This document shows, piece by piece, positions 34,739-46,005 of a stretch of 64,000 bases of DNA (the stretch's first letter is position 1; every line of letters begins with the position of its first letter). The notes beneath the pieces are model-generated. The model did not search any database and had not been told where the DNA came from. It saw only the letters and a list, made by a program, of their open reading frames with translations. The stretch covers positions 1-64,000 of the forward strand of contig JAHDYR010000021.1 of NCBI GenBank assembly GCA_019828565.1, read 5' to 3'. Made by a program: the position numbers and the translations under genes. Origin of the DNA: Carpediemonas membranifera BICM (taxonomy: Eukaryota; Protista; Fornicata).

Positions 34739-36643
34739 TTACCTACCGATACCACCCTGCTCGCTCGCCGAGCCGACCCCGAACCGCCACAGCGGCAGCC
34801 TCTTCATGGGCTGCGCCGACTTCTCCACGGGCAACGGCGTATGCACGTTCACAGCGTCCGCCTCAACCCCAAGCCGGCCATAGCGGTTGTCACCGCTCGA
34901 GAAGACGCCGCACTTGGTGTGGAACCGGAAGGACCCGGGACAGCCGCAGATACGACGGATCGAACCCAGTGCGAGGGGCGTCCAGTGCCGGATAACGGCC
35001 TCGTCGGTCTCCTCGGCCTCGTTGGAGTGGATCCCCAGGGCCCCGAACCTATTATCGCCCAGGCCAAACCACTTTCCGGCAGAGTTCTCGGCAAAGTGAC
35101 TCGTTCCGTTCGAAGAGAAAGACTTCACGCGCCAGGGGAAGGAAATCTCGGTAGGATTGAGGTACTCGGTGAGTTGCATCGGCATGAACGGTCCGAACAC
35201 GCCCGACCGGCCGGTAAGGAGCACGCTGTCGTTCGAACAGAACAGGGTCGAGTCGCGCGCCCAAATCAGCTCAGTGACCGCGGCCTTAACCTCAGTAAAC
35301 ACGCTAACGCTCTTCTTGTTTCCCAGCCCGAGCTGGCCGGTCGAGTTGTCTCCGGCAACAAGGCAGTGTGCTCCAAAGTGAAGGCCGACTGAGGCCTGGC
35401 CCACAGTCACGCCAGAGAGCCGCTGGATGGGGTATGATAGCCTAAGTCGTGTGAACTCTGACACCGCAGTGCTGGTCGCGCCTACGCCGAGCTGACCGTG
35501 GCTGTTATCGCCAGCGACCGCGAGGTAGTTCTCGCACTGGACGAAGGAGTGGCCCCACGCTGTGAGAATAAAACGGAAGCGCCGGCCACGACGGAACCTG
35601 CTGGTCCGTGCGAGCGTGCGTTGGATCTTGGGGCACGCCTTGAATGAGACCGCGGTTGGGGCCGACACGACGGCGTTCGCAGAGCCTGGTATGCCCGTCT
35701 GACCCCACAACGAGTTACCCCAGGCGAAGAGCCCCTGCTGCGTCGCTGCAAGAACGGTCCTGCCGTCCGACTGGAGGTCGTCAACTCTGGGAAGCCGTAC
35801 TCTGGTCCACGCGACAATGAACCGCGGGCCGAGGGTTCCGACCTGGCACTCATCGTTGTTTCCACGCGCGAACAGTTTGCCGAAGTACGACGTGAACTCA
35901 GTGTCCCTGAAATGTGTGGTGATACCGTCCCGCCGGGCACCAGTCATCACCTGATAGAACTTACGGCATATGAACGCTGCTGCACGCTGGCTGGGGCTGG
36001 CAGCATCACAGGTCAAGCCAGCAGTGGTCATGATGGCCCAGATCGTGCCAGGGTGGAGGGTGTAGATGGTCTCGGGAAGCACGGGATGCTGGATGTCAAG
36101 CGTAACATCGGCGTCGCCACTAAGTGCGGAGCATGCCCGCTGAAGATCCCGGGCGAGGGCCTCAACGTGGATGCCGAGGCGCTTGTCGACCTTAAAGGCC
36201 AAATCTAGAGAATCCAGGAGCCCAGCCCGGATCTCACTAAATCTCCGGATCGCCTCTTCTGGTATGAACGGCGACTTGGGCGATACTGTGCTCTCAGGGA
36301 CCGGGAGCTTCAAGTCGGCGAACCGGCGGTGGACACGATGGACCGACCGCACCAGGGCCGAGGCCACGTTCCCCGGTACGTCCTGGTCGTCTGTGCTGCT
36401 GAGCAGGGGTTCGATGGAGCCTGTGAAGGCCATAAGCCGGCTCGTGTCTTCGCGTGCTTTCTCGGCGACGGCCTTTCGGGATTGCTCGAGAGATGATAGG
36501 GTCTTATTCAACAATTTCTGCGCTTCCAGGATCGGAACGACGAGCTCGGGGCTCGTGGTGGTGTTTACGGCGCGTACCATATGAACGGAGGCGCGCTGGA
36601 GGCAACGGGACGTGGTTTCGATTGAACTGGTAAGCTTCTGCAT
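34739..36643 (-). CDS. RCC1 repeat protein with helical N-terminus
   Basis: GLFAWGNSLWGQTG, AGDNSHGQLGVG, AGDNSTGQLGLG, SGDNRYGRLG; family motif FICRKF. Confidence 0.85.
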   Translation of the reverse strand: MQKLTSSIETTSRCLQRASVHMVRAVNTTTSPELVVPILEAQKLLNKTLSSLEQSRKAVAEKAREDTSRLMAFTGSIEPLLSSTDDQDVPGNVASALVRSVHRVHRRFADLKLPVPESTVSPKSPFIPEEAIRRFSEIRAGLLDSLDLAFKVDKRLGIHVEALARDLQRACSALSGDADVTLDIQHPVLPETIYTLHPGTIWAIMTTAGLTCDAASPSQRAAAFICRKFYQVMTGARRDGITTHFRDTEFTSYFGKLFARGNNDECQVGTLGPRFIVAWTRVRLPRVDDLQSDGRTVLAATQQGLFAWGNSLWGQTGIPGSANAVVSAPTAVSFKACPKIQRTLARTSRFRRGRRFRFILTAWGHSFVQCENYLAVAGDNSHGQLGVGATSTAVSEFTRLRLSYPIQRLSGVTVGQASVGLHFGAHCLVAGDNSTGQLGLGNKKSVSVFTEVKAAVTELIWARDSTLFCSNDSVLLTGRSGVFGPFMPMQLTEYLNPTEISFPWRVKSFSSNGTSHFAENSAGKWFGLGDNRFGALGIHSNEAEETDEAVIRHWTPLALGSIRRICGCPGSFRFHTKCGVFSSGDNRYGRLGVEADAVNVHTPLPVEKSAQPMKRLPLWRFGVGSASEQGGIGR

Positions 36644-36821
36644 TGTTGGTCAAGACGGCGACAACTGTACTGCTTTCTACACTGTATTACCCATTAGCTC
36701 AGCAGATAGTGCTCGAATCACCACTGGTGACACGTTATGTGTGACACACAATAAATCGCCCTAGAAACGTAAATACCACACCACACCGCCTTCCTCAAGC
36801 CATACACCCACACGCACCCCT

Positions 36822-38384
36822 TCACACCAGCTCCACAAGCGGGCCGACCCCGCCCTCCGGCTCCTGACCCCGGCCGAGCCCACTCGCTCCCACCTCCCAC
36901 CACTGGCCGTCAGACGCTCGATACAGACTCCCGAGGTAGTGGCAGGCATCTGCCACGAACGGGAGAGTGACTCGACCGCCGAGTCGGGTCCAGGAGTGGG
37001 TGCGGCGGGAGTCGGTCCAGACGACTATGTCCCATTCGCACCAGAAGGAGCAGATCGGCGCTGGAATGTCCAGCTGAACGGGGCTGTAGTAGTCGGCGGG
37101 AGAGCAGGGGAGGATTTTGGCGTTGATGATCGATTCTGGGCATTTTCCGGCAAGCATGAGTTTTCCGGCACTCTGGAATATTGAGTAGTGATATCTGGAG
37201 ATAATCAACTTGTCAAGTCTGTATGGAAGCTCTACACATGCAGACAGTGGCTCAGCGTGGCCGAGTCCCAGCCGGCCGTAGGAGTTCTCACCCCCTACCA
37301 TCGTCCGATCGCCCATGGAAAGAAACACAGCCCACTCTGTGCTCATAATGCACTCCGGTACAAACCCCGTGGGCAGAATTACTGGCTGGAAAGAACAGTC
37401 TGCCGAGCCTGCGGGCACCAGGCCATCAGCGTCCTTCCCTGTCGCCATCAGACCCACCGGGGTCTGGATGACCGTACGAATGGCCATATAGTCTATAACT
37501 ATGCGGACAGCCACCCTATCCTTGTGCCAGGCTGGGAGGCTGAGCTCGTACGCCGCCACTGCTGGGCACGAGGCGAATTCGAGGCGGGTTGGGTCGACTG
37601 CTTCACCCGTGGACACGCCACTGAGGCCCAGCCCGCCAATGTACGCTGCACTCCAGCACCACAGCCCCTTGGGGGTCTGGGCGATAAATGCTTCGTCGCA
37701 AGAGTAGTGTAGGGCGATGATCCGCGGCATGCGGGCCATTGTGAGCCGAAGAGATGTGATGTCGCGCTTGAATAGATGGCCGGTGTATAGCACGTGCGCG
37801 TAATGGGTGGTGCTGGCTTTTTGCTGGAAGGTCTGGCCGTCCTTCGCGGCGACGTGGTGGACGAAGGCGAACTTTTTGCAGAGGAACCAGGGGAGCTTGT
37901 CCTCCTGGCTGTAGCCGACGCGCTGCCTCTCGGCCTTTTCGACAGTCCGCTCCAGGTCGGGATCGGCGCCGCCGTGGACGAGGACCGCGAAGAGCGTTCC
38001 CTGGAGCAACGTGTGTAGGGCGACCGGGAGCGCCTCGCCATCCGCGAGCTCGACGTTCATGGACAGTCTGGGGCCGCTGGTGAGGATCGAGCGCGCGCAG
38101 TCGAGGAGGACTTGCGCAGTTGGTTCGAGAGAAGGGATGCTGATGAGCATAGCGAGAAGCTCGGCAACATCTGTGACACTGCTCGGTGGCGTTTCAGCCT
38201 CTTTACGCTGGACCGCGGGCATGTTCTGCTTGAAGTGCCGCGAGAAGGCGTGGCGAAGCAATGAAGGGATGTCCCCGGGAATGAAACGAGCTGCAGACAG
38301 AGAAACACGATATGCCGCAATAATGGCATCATTCACGCTCATCTGTGCAGTTTCAAATCCGTCAGATGCTTCTCCACCTGACAT
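36822..38384 (-). CDS. RCC1-like family protein (paralog of 11346-12931)
   Basis: Shared N-terminus IPGDIPSLLRHAFSRHF, WFLCKKF, TPKGLWCW and GGENSYGRLGLG. Confidence 0.8.
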   Translation of the reverse strand: MSGGEASDGFETAQMSVNDAIIAAYRVSLSAARFIPGDIPSLLRHAFSRHFKQNMPAVQRKEAETPPSSVTDVAELLAMLISIPSLEPTAQVLLDCARSILTSGPRLSMNVELADGEALPVALHTLLQGTLFAVLVHGGADPDLERTVEKAERQRVGYSQEDKLPWFLCKKFAFVHHVAAKDGQTFQQKASTTHYAHVLYTGHLFKRDITSLRLTMARMPRIIALHYSCDEAFIAQTPKGLWCWSAAYIGGLGLSGVSTGEAVDPTRLEFASCPAVAAYELSLPAWHKDRVAVRIVIDYMAIRTVIQTPVGLMATGKDADGLVPAGSADCSFQPVILPTGFVPECIMSTEWAVFLSMGDRTMVGGENSYGRLGLGHAEPLSACVELPYRLDKLIISRYHYSIFQSAGKLMLAGKCPESIINAKILPCSPADYYSPVQLDIPAPICSFWCEWDIVVWTDSRRTHSWTRLGGRVTLPFVADACHYLGSLYRASDGQWWEVGASGLGRGQEPEGGVGPLVELV

Positions 38385-38581
38385 CTATCTTCGGAGAGTG
38401 CAGTCCTTGACTGGGACCCCCGCCCAGGAGGTCAGCTGGACCCGCAGCCTGCAATGAACGCCCCCTGGTCACACTTTGGGCAGCATTCGTCCGTCTCATC
38501 AGGGCCTGGGCAGTCGGCCGCTTGAACTCTTCATTTCTCACAACAATTTGCCCCCATTCCCGGCTTCTAGCTCCTTTTAGT

Positions 38582-39706
38582 ATGAATCGAAGAGCAAAAC
38601 TGTCCGCAACAGCAGCTACAATTACCAATGCTGCAGCTCTCCAACAGCATTTCGCGATGAATCTCAATTTGAAGAGCAGTAGGCCAAGAAAATCGCGTCC
38701 AGCGACGGTAACGTCAAGCAAGAAACCAAAACCGCCAGTTCACGAAGAGGAGGATGAAATTGCGAGAGAAAAAGCTGCCATTAGCGGAAAAGCGCCGCAG
38801 CCGAAGCCCGAGCCCGAAACCCTGCCGCTCACTGCCGTCTCAGACGACCACGACGCCTCCGACCGGCATCTACGGGACTACAAACACAGCCTCTCTCTCG
38901 CACAGACCCTAGGCCTCGTCCCCCGCCCGCCCTCGCCTTTGAATTCGTCAGAATGGACCGGGGTCAAGCAGACTTGGCGGGCCAGGGGCGATATGACGTG
39001 CAGCATATGCTACGAGCCGCTGGGCAAGAGCGAGCAGGTGTTGCTGTCGTGCTCGCATTCGTTCCATATGCGGTGTCTCAAACAGGTCGAGATCTTCTCC
39101 AAGAAACGCACCTGCCCTCTGTGCAGGGCTCCGTATCAGGCCCGTCGCGTCTATGATGCCGAGTTCTCCTACATCCACGACTGTGCAGCGAAGGTCCAAG
39201 CCGTGTTCCGCGGCTACGTTGTGAGGAAGCAATACAAAGCTCTGAGAAGGATCACTCGGCCCTCTGACCCTGGCCGAGCAAGGATTTGGGTCGGCGAGAG
39301 GGTGGAGGAGTTTGGTGACAATGTGCTAAGTTTAGTGGAGGATCAGCGAAAGATCGTGGACGCAATGCTCGGAACGGTCGAGAGCGCGGTTCGGGAGCAA
39401 GAAAGCTTATTCACACGCCTCGAGACGCTGCAGAAGATCAAGAGAATGAGCGAAGACGATTGGGCCGGGCTGCTCACCTCCGCCCTGGGCCGACACCAGG
39501 CCTGCCCCATCTGCCTGCGACACGTCTGCGGGCCTGGTGTCCAAGCCAGTGTGGGCATTGGGTCGAGCAGTGATGTTTGTATGACGTCGTGTGGGCATTT
39601 ATATCACACAAAGTGTCTCGAGAGCCTCGAGGCGTTTGAGGACGGGGCCTCGAGCTGCCCGGTCTGTCGCCAGTATTATGTCAGGACCGCGGTGTTAGTC
39701 TCTTAA
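38582..39706 (+). CDS. RING-IQ-RING protein, RNF32-like
   Basis: LSLAQTLGL..PPSPL motif, RING-H2 CSIC..CSHSFH..C..CPLC, IQ motif AAKVQAVFRGY, second RING CPIC..CGHLYH..CPVC. Confidence 0.85.
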   Translation: MNRRAKLSATAATITNAAALQQHFAMNLNLKSSRPRKSRPATVTSSKKPKPPVHEEEDEIAREKAAISGKAPQPKPEPETLPLTAVSDDHDASDRHLRDYKHSLSLAQTLGLVPRPPSPLNSSEWTGVKQTWRARGDMTCSICYEPLGKSEQVLLSCSHSFHMRCLKQVEIFSKKRTCPLCRAPYQARRVYDAEFSYIHDCAAKVQAVFRGYVVRKQYKALRRITRPSDPGRARIWVGERVEEFGDNVLSLVEDQRKIVDAMLGTVESAVREQESLFTRLETLQKIKRMSEDDWAGLLTSALGRHQACPICLRHVCGPGVQASVGIGSSSDVCMTSCGHLYHTKCLESLEAFEDGASSCPVCRQYYVRTAVLVS

Positions 39707-39713
39707 ATAAACT

Positions 39714-42700
39714 TTATCCGGATTCTTGGTTTGTCGGCGGCTGGGACAGGGTGCCGGCATAGATGGTGTTGATCCTGGATGAGGGCGAGGTCCGTGACCA
39801 TCCATTGACCGCGGCAACAGTGGTATGGAAGATTCGGCGCGAGTATCCGATCTGCATCCCATAATTAAACGCATGATAAAACTCGTGCCCCTCCTTAACT
39901 GACATACTCATGCCCGAAGAACTGTTGCTCTCCGAGCTTCTGAGATCCGCCCATCGCTCTTGAAGGCTCCTGCTGAATGATTCGCCCATTCCACCGACGC
40001 TCATCACCAAACGGGGCGAGCCGTCGGTCACCGGGAACCGGATCCGGAACTTCGACGGCCAGGCCTCGCGCTCAAGGGTGATATTGCTAATCAGCGCGTT
40101 AATGAGCGCGCAGCCCTCCTCGTGGGTCATTGGGCAGCAGTCGGGGGGGACAATGACGATCTTGGCCCCGCTCATGTCTTCTTTGAGCACGCCCTTCCCG
40201 AGCTTTTTCTGTATCCTGATGATCTCTCGATTCTCCTCATAGAGCAGCTTTCGGACGCTGGCATTCCGGGCTGTCTGGTAGTAGAAGCCAGTCTTGGTGT
40301 CGCGGAAGATTGTCACAGCGGGCTTAGTCATACGGATGACAAGCGACTTGGACGATTGGGCCGTCGCGGGGTTCGTCAGGACCGACTCGGCCTGCTGGAG
40401 AGTGACAGCGACCTTGGATGCAGGGTTGGCGACCACCGCGATATCGGTCATCCCGGCGGTAAAAGAATGCTCCGGATCTGGATGCTCAACAAGCTTCTTA
40501 TTGAAGTCCTTCAACCTGGCACGGATCTTCTTACAGCGTGACTTCGTGGCGAAAGAATGCGTGGTGACCTCCACCGTCTTCTTGATCGGCACGTAATCGG
40601 GTGACTTGGTCGACTCGTCCACCCATGACGTGAGGGTGAGTGTCTTCCTCTCAGTCTTGAGCTCGACCGTGGCACTCACCTTCATATCATTGTCCTTGAT
40701 CTTCATGGAGAACGTGGCCGGCCGGTAGGAGGGTGACATGTCAATGATGCAGCGAAGAATTTTTCTACCGTCATCCGACGAGAAATCCCGCCTGATGCTG
40801 ATATTGCCCTCGAGACGGGACGGGAACCCAATGTAGCAGCTGGCCTTGATGAACTGAGTCACGACCCTCCCCATGCGGTTCCGCAACGCCTTGTCCTCCT
40901 TGCCCCGAAGCGATGTGACAACTGTCCCCGCCTTCACCTGCTGCTTAAGGGACTCTTCAAGCTCCTTCATCGGCATCACAGTCCCTGGCCTCCCATGCCA
41001 CTTGAGACCCGCGGTGCTGAGGGCGATCGTGCAGGGCAGAGGGTCGGCGATCTGCACCACGAGCACTCGATCGGTCGCTGGGGCAATTCCAAACTTTTAG
41101 TAATGAGTATCGCAGGCCTCGTAAAAGGCACGGACGGCCTCGGAGGCGATCGACCAGTCGAGTGCGGGGGAGTACAGGGCGACCGTGTCAGGAGAGTCGT
41201 CCTTGAAGAGCTTGGAGATAGCAGAGTGGGCTTTCCCGTTGGGGTCGAAGACGTCGTTGTTGCGGTCCTGGTTGAACTGAAGGACAGCCTGCTTGCACTT
41301 CGCCCACTCGCCGGCTGACGGGGTTGCTATGAAATCCCTCTGAATGGAGTCGAGCTCCTGCCTCTCGTAGTGCTCAGGGTCGAACCAGAGGTAGGACACG
41401 CCGGTAGGTGTCTGTGGGGGGTCGAACGTCTCAAAGGGCTTGTTGCGAACCCTGACTGGATTGAATATGGACGTCAGTGTCACATCAAACTCGGCGTCGT
41501 CCGCCTCGAAGTCGAAGTGACTCAGGAGCATATCAAGCTCGGCTTCGCCAAGACGCTCCTTGCTGACAAATCGGGCTGGAATGACGATTCTGCTGGATTT
41601 CCCGCCTTTTTTGATTGCGTCGAGATGGGTCCGCAGCGCGTTTCCGTTGGCACACCTCAAGGCACTCACAAGCTCATTAAACTCAGCAAAGCCAAAGAGA
41701 CGACGGAGCCTCTCCATGAATGTGGACTTCACTGTTGAGTCGAGGTCGAGGTCAAAGAACCCGTTCGAGCCTCTGACAGTAACCTTCTCGGTATCATTCT
41801 TATCGGTACACTGCACAGCGAACTCAGTGGCGTTGGTCCAGTCACTGCGGTGTGAGATCAGATCCGCGAGTCTACCCATCGAGAGGCCAGCACCGAGACC
41901 AGCATGGCCAGTGATTCGGACGCTCGTGGTCGTTGGATCGCCAGCTTTAGCTAGCCTGAGCACCACGAGGGCTTTGTCAAACGGCTCGATCAACTCTTCC
42001 CTCAAGACCTTGCCATGCTTGGCCGAGGCGGCGTCTTGCCCTTTGAGCTTCAGCCACTCTGGCCCACCGTCTTGGCCTTCCAGCCTGACCTCGAGGCCCC
42101 CAATGCGGGTGTGGAATGGCACGAGATGGTCGAGCGAGTGATCTGTGGTGCCAAATGCGGCAGCGGCGAGGTCTACCACGTCCTGCGGATCGACTGGCGT
42201 GTGGGGGGTCGGAAGGAGGCTGATGCCAGGCCCATTCCTATTCCCAGGGACCGTTTGGGCGCTGATGCACGTCTTCTTCTCGGCGCAATATATAATGCGG
42301 TTAGCCTCACCAAGAACGTCGTCAAGGGCTTTGTCTGCCGGTATAGCCTCAAAGTAGGGCACCTGGCCTTCGGGGCTGTCCAGTGTAATTGACACCCCAT
42401 GCGCCCCGGTCAAAGTGACTTGGGGCTGGGTCTGCGGTTTATACCGCGAGGCGAGGGCCAGGAGCAGTATGCGGAGCTCAGTCGGCTCGAGAGTGGTGGT
42501 GTCGATGGCGATATTACCATGGACGTCGGGCGGACGAGCGAGCTCACCCCTGAGCTTGTTGAATCGATCGACCAGGCAGCGCACACTCTTTGGGATAGCA
42601 GCGCCGCGCACAATAAGACTACCCTTGCGTTTCTCGATACCGTACGGCCAGCGACCGCTGAAACGGATGACGACAGTGCCGGGTCCGAGCCCTGGGTCGC

Positions 42701-44320
42701 GTGGGATTGGAGCCGGACGATGGGCAAGGCCCGGCTCGTCGGTGGTGAGGCGGGCGTCGACATCGGGGCCCTTCTCGGTGATGTTCTTGACGATCGTGTC
42801 GGCGAGCGACTGGTTGAGCTCGCCGGCCGCTGTCTCGAGGTCGGTGTGGCCCGCATCGAGAACGAAGCTTCCCCAGCGGGTGGCGACCATCACGTGGTCG
42901 ACCTGGGCGCTGAAGAACTCAAAGGATGTGAGGTCCTTCATCGCCTTCTTCAGACAGTGTTCAGCGTCGGGAACCGAGCGCGGCGCGTGTGCGTTGCTAT
43001 GAAAATTAGCCTGGCGCACGACTGCGCGGACCTCGCAAGGGGCATTGGCTGAGGCGCTCAGCACGTTGTTGCCTGGATCGCGGTCGACCTCACAGGTCAC
43101 AGCCCCGCACGATACAATGAGTGGGAACTCGGACTGGACCATGGGCCGGTCAAGGTCTGTAACAAGCTGAGCCACAGTCCTTGTGTCCTCGCGGTGGTCG
43201 ACATTCCATGCCTCCAGTGCGGTGATGACGGGGGCGGCGCCGGGCAGGGTGACGTCGTTCGGGAGGCAGTGAAGGGCACTCGATCCGGCTCGCCGACAGA
43301 CATGGAAGCCGTCAAAATGCAGGGAAAAATTTGTCTCACGCGTGGCGACAGCTTGAAGGAGAGCTCTAATCTCTTGATTATCCGCTGCTTCCGGAACAAT
43401 CACCTTAGTCTCCTCGGGGCGTCGAATGGCACGCACAGTGGCGAGAAGAGCGGTGTAACCGGCAATCATCGCCTGTTCGATCGTCGGCTGGGCAGTGAAA
43501 ACATTCGCATAGCACGTTACCCTGGAACCCAGGACCTGGAGAGACAGAGACAGCTGTGCGGCGTTAACGGGAAGGGAGGCGTAGTACTCGATGAAGGCGG
43601 CGAGCACGGCGCTGAGGTCCGCTTGTCTGACGGTGAACAACGGCGCCCCTGTAATCTCGAGTGGTTGAAACGAGGACGTACAGGGAGAGAGGAGAGTGGC
43701 CGCCTCGTGATCGCCCAGTGAAGGGTCGAAAACGCGGCAATGAGCTCTTCCACCTTAGTGTTGTAGCTGCTTGCGGCCAGACCATTAGGGCCGAGGGTGA
43801 CTTCAAAATCGTCACCCAGAAGGAGGGTGAAGTAAGATTCATCTGGAACCCCAGAGGCGATCGCATCGGCAAGGAGTCTGGCCAGGCTGGGTAGGTACGT
43901 GACGTCGCTCGACATGGGGGGTGGGCTGAACTGTCGCGGGGCGGGGCGGGAACAGGAAATGGAGGAGTCCAGGCAGGCCTTATTGCCTTCCGTGATGGCG
44001 GCAACAGCCCATGCATCTTCATCTCGAAGGGTCGCGGTGTAGTAGCGCTGGGGGTCATCCTCCGACGCGGGGTCTGATGTGACGTCGAAAGAAGCGCCCA
44101 CAGTGATCGTAAGATCAGTGAAATGCTTAAGGTGCGGGGCGCAGGCAACGAGAAGTGTTTGAAGGAACTTGCTGCTGTCGGGGATGGTGACGGAGAGATT
44201 CCAGTTCGAGAGTTTGGCATGGGGAATCATGTTCGCGTTGATCAATTGTTCGTGTTTTTGATCATTGCGGTGAGAATCGAGCGAAGTGCTGAGCTCGTTG
44301 AGGAATGCTTCGTCGTTCAT
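39714..44320 (-). CDS. Large uncharacterised modular-repeat protein, broken by a frameshift (~43690) and an in-frame TAA (41097-41099); possible pseudogene
   Basis: Three consecutive ORFs (286, 847 and 450 aa). The last two are in frame across one stop. They share a repeat module with the WD40-kinase N-terminus. Confidence 0.55.
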
Positions 44321-44571
44321 GGGGATATCGGCCTGATGAGGTAGCTCTTGGCTAGTTAAGAGCATGAAGGTAAACAAACGCGTCAGTGATATCTAACCCA
44401 CCTGCATCGTTGTTGATCGCCTCCTCTTCGGCCATGCCTCGGTTTACGGTTTGGTCATCCGCGGTCAATGCCAGTCAGAGTCGCGAGTCATTCCAACGTG
44501 ACACCGCCCCAATATCGCTCCTACGATCTGGACCAGAGCCTACTAACCCGCCCACACCGCATTTGTCGCCA

Positions 44572-45855
44572 TCACGCGTCTTTATCTCCTTGGCTGATAG
44601 CATCGACAGCATCGCACACGACGACCCAGCCATCACCCCCAAGGGCGACATACGGGTCGACCGGACTAGTCCCAGTCACGCTGACGTGCTCCGCTTCCTG
44701 AGGGACCGAGCATTCCTGTATTTTCCCGCCCTCAGCCGTGCTGAGACAGAGCTTGGCCTCACTAGACCCGGCCTGGCCCCAGAGGACGAGATCGTCCGCT
44801 GTAAAGGTGGCGGGAATCATGCTGAGGTCCTCGCCTTGTCTGATTACCGTTTTGATCGGATCCGAACGAAGCAGACGCGTGTCCCACGTGGCGATGCTTC
44901 CAACCCCAGCCCCCGCGGCGTTCTCCGCATATGTAGTCATTACCAGCGAGCTCCCAGACTGGCTAAAGGCCAGACCTGTGATGGCGCTGTCCTCCTTGAC
45001 CTCTGCGACAGTCGTCATGTCAACCGAGTCAACAATGGTCAAACCACCCGCCCGATCGCCCAGCGCGATGTAGTCCTTATGCGCTGCTACTACCGCGATG
45101 GGGTTCTCGATCGTCGACGCCCTCAGTGTAGTGCTCGTGCCGGCGACCACATCGATCACTCTCACCGCGGTGCTATCCTCGACAGTTGCCAGGATGTGGT
45201 CTCCTCTAAAGTGCCAGGCGATGCTGTTGACTCTACTCTCCATCTGGAACGTGGAGCCGACCTGCTTCTGGGCGGCGACGTCAATCATTTGAATGGCCCC
45301 ACTGCCACGGCCAACGACGAGGACAGCGACGAAGGGGTGGAAAGCAAGAGAGGTCACTGGGTCTGTCGATTCTATGGAGAAAACAACCGGGTCGGCCCCG
45401 TTGGCGGCGCTGCCGACGCTCCAGAGGCTCAGCGTCTTGGTCGTCCCGACGGCAAGCCAGCCTCCGTCGTCGTCGAACTTCAGAACAGTAACAGCGCCCT
45501 CCACCTGGCATTTGTAGGTAGGCTTGAAGTGTATGCTGCCTTTTGAGAGCTCTAGCGTGTGTGCTGGGGCAAGCGTTGGCGGGATATTTGGGATTGTCGC
45601 CGAAGGGGCAGAGAAAGGAAGCAGGGTGTTTGTGCCTTCTATAGAGGCTCCCTTGAGTGCTAGCTCGCTCAATTGTGGGCCTATTCCCGAGTACATTGCT
45701 GTGTGATTGAGAATGAAGGAACAAACGTGTCTTGGTGGCCTCTGCGAGGTGGACTGCGGCTGATAGAAAGCCATCAGCTTCCAACTGGCTGTATAACTGG
45801 TAAAGAATGCAACAAACCCAGCAATAAGCTGATACAACTGTCGTTTGCTCGCCAT
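44572..45855 (-). CDS. CSTF1: Cleavage stimulation factor 50 kDa subunit-like WD40 protein; introns 45789-45817 and 45699-45726
   Basis: Spliced N-terminus MASKRQLYQLIAGQLEADGFLSAAVHL resembles the CstF-50 dimerisation motif; followed by WD40 repeats. Confidence 0.7.
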   Translation of the reverse strand: MASKRQLYQLIAGFVAFFTSYTASWKLMAFYQPQSTSQRPPRHVCSFILNHTAMYSGIGPQLSELALKGASIEGTNTLLPFSAPSATIPNIPPTLAPAHTLELSKGSIHFKPTYKCQVEGAVTVLKFDDDGGWLAVGTTKTLSLWSVGSAANGADPVVFSIESTDPVTSLAFHPFVAVLVVGRGSGAIQMIDVAAQKQVGSTFQMESRVNSIAWHFRGDHILATVEDSTAVRVIDVVAGTSTTLRASTIENPIAVVAAHKDYIALGDRAGGLTIVDSVDMTTVAEVKEDSAITGLAFSQSGSSLVMTTYAENAAGAGVGSIATWDTRLLRSDPIKTVIRQGEDLSMIPATFTADDLVLWGQAGSSEAKLCLSTAEGGKIQECSVPQEAEHVSVTGTSPVDPYVALGGDGWVVVCDAVDAISQGDKDA

Positions 45856-46005
45856 GATTGTTGTCGGACTGATCACTTCAAAAGAAAGAGGATGAAAGAG
45901 AGCCCCAGGACAAGCTGGGGTCACCTCTGGGGCACTCCTGGAGCTCCCTGTCTCGGGGCATTCTTGAGGAAACCCAGTCGACTGTGGTGAAGAGTGCGAG
46001 AGAAC

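Noticed and set aside
41097-41099. Alternative genetic code (TAA=Gln) to explain the in-frame stop
   Set aside because: Conserved genes here (Sec31, NuoF, IFT52, Noc2) end properly in TAA.
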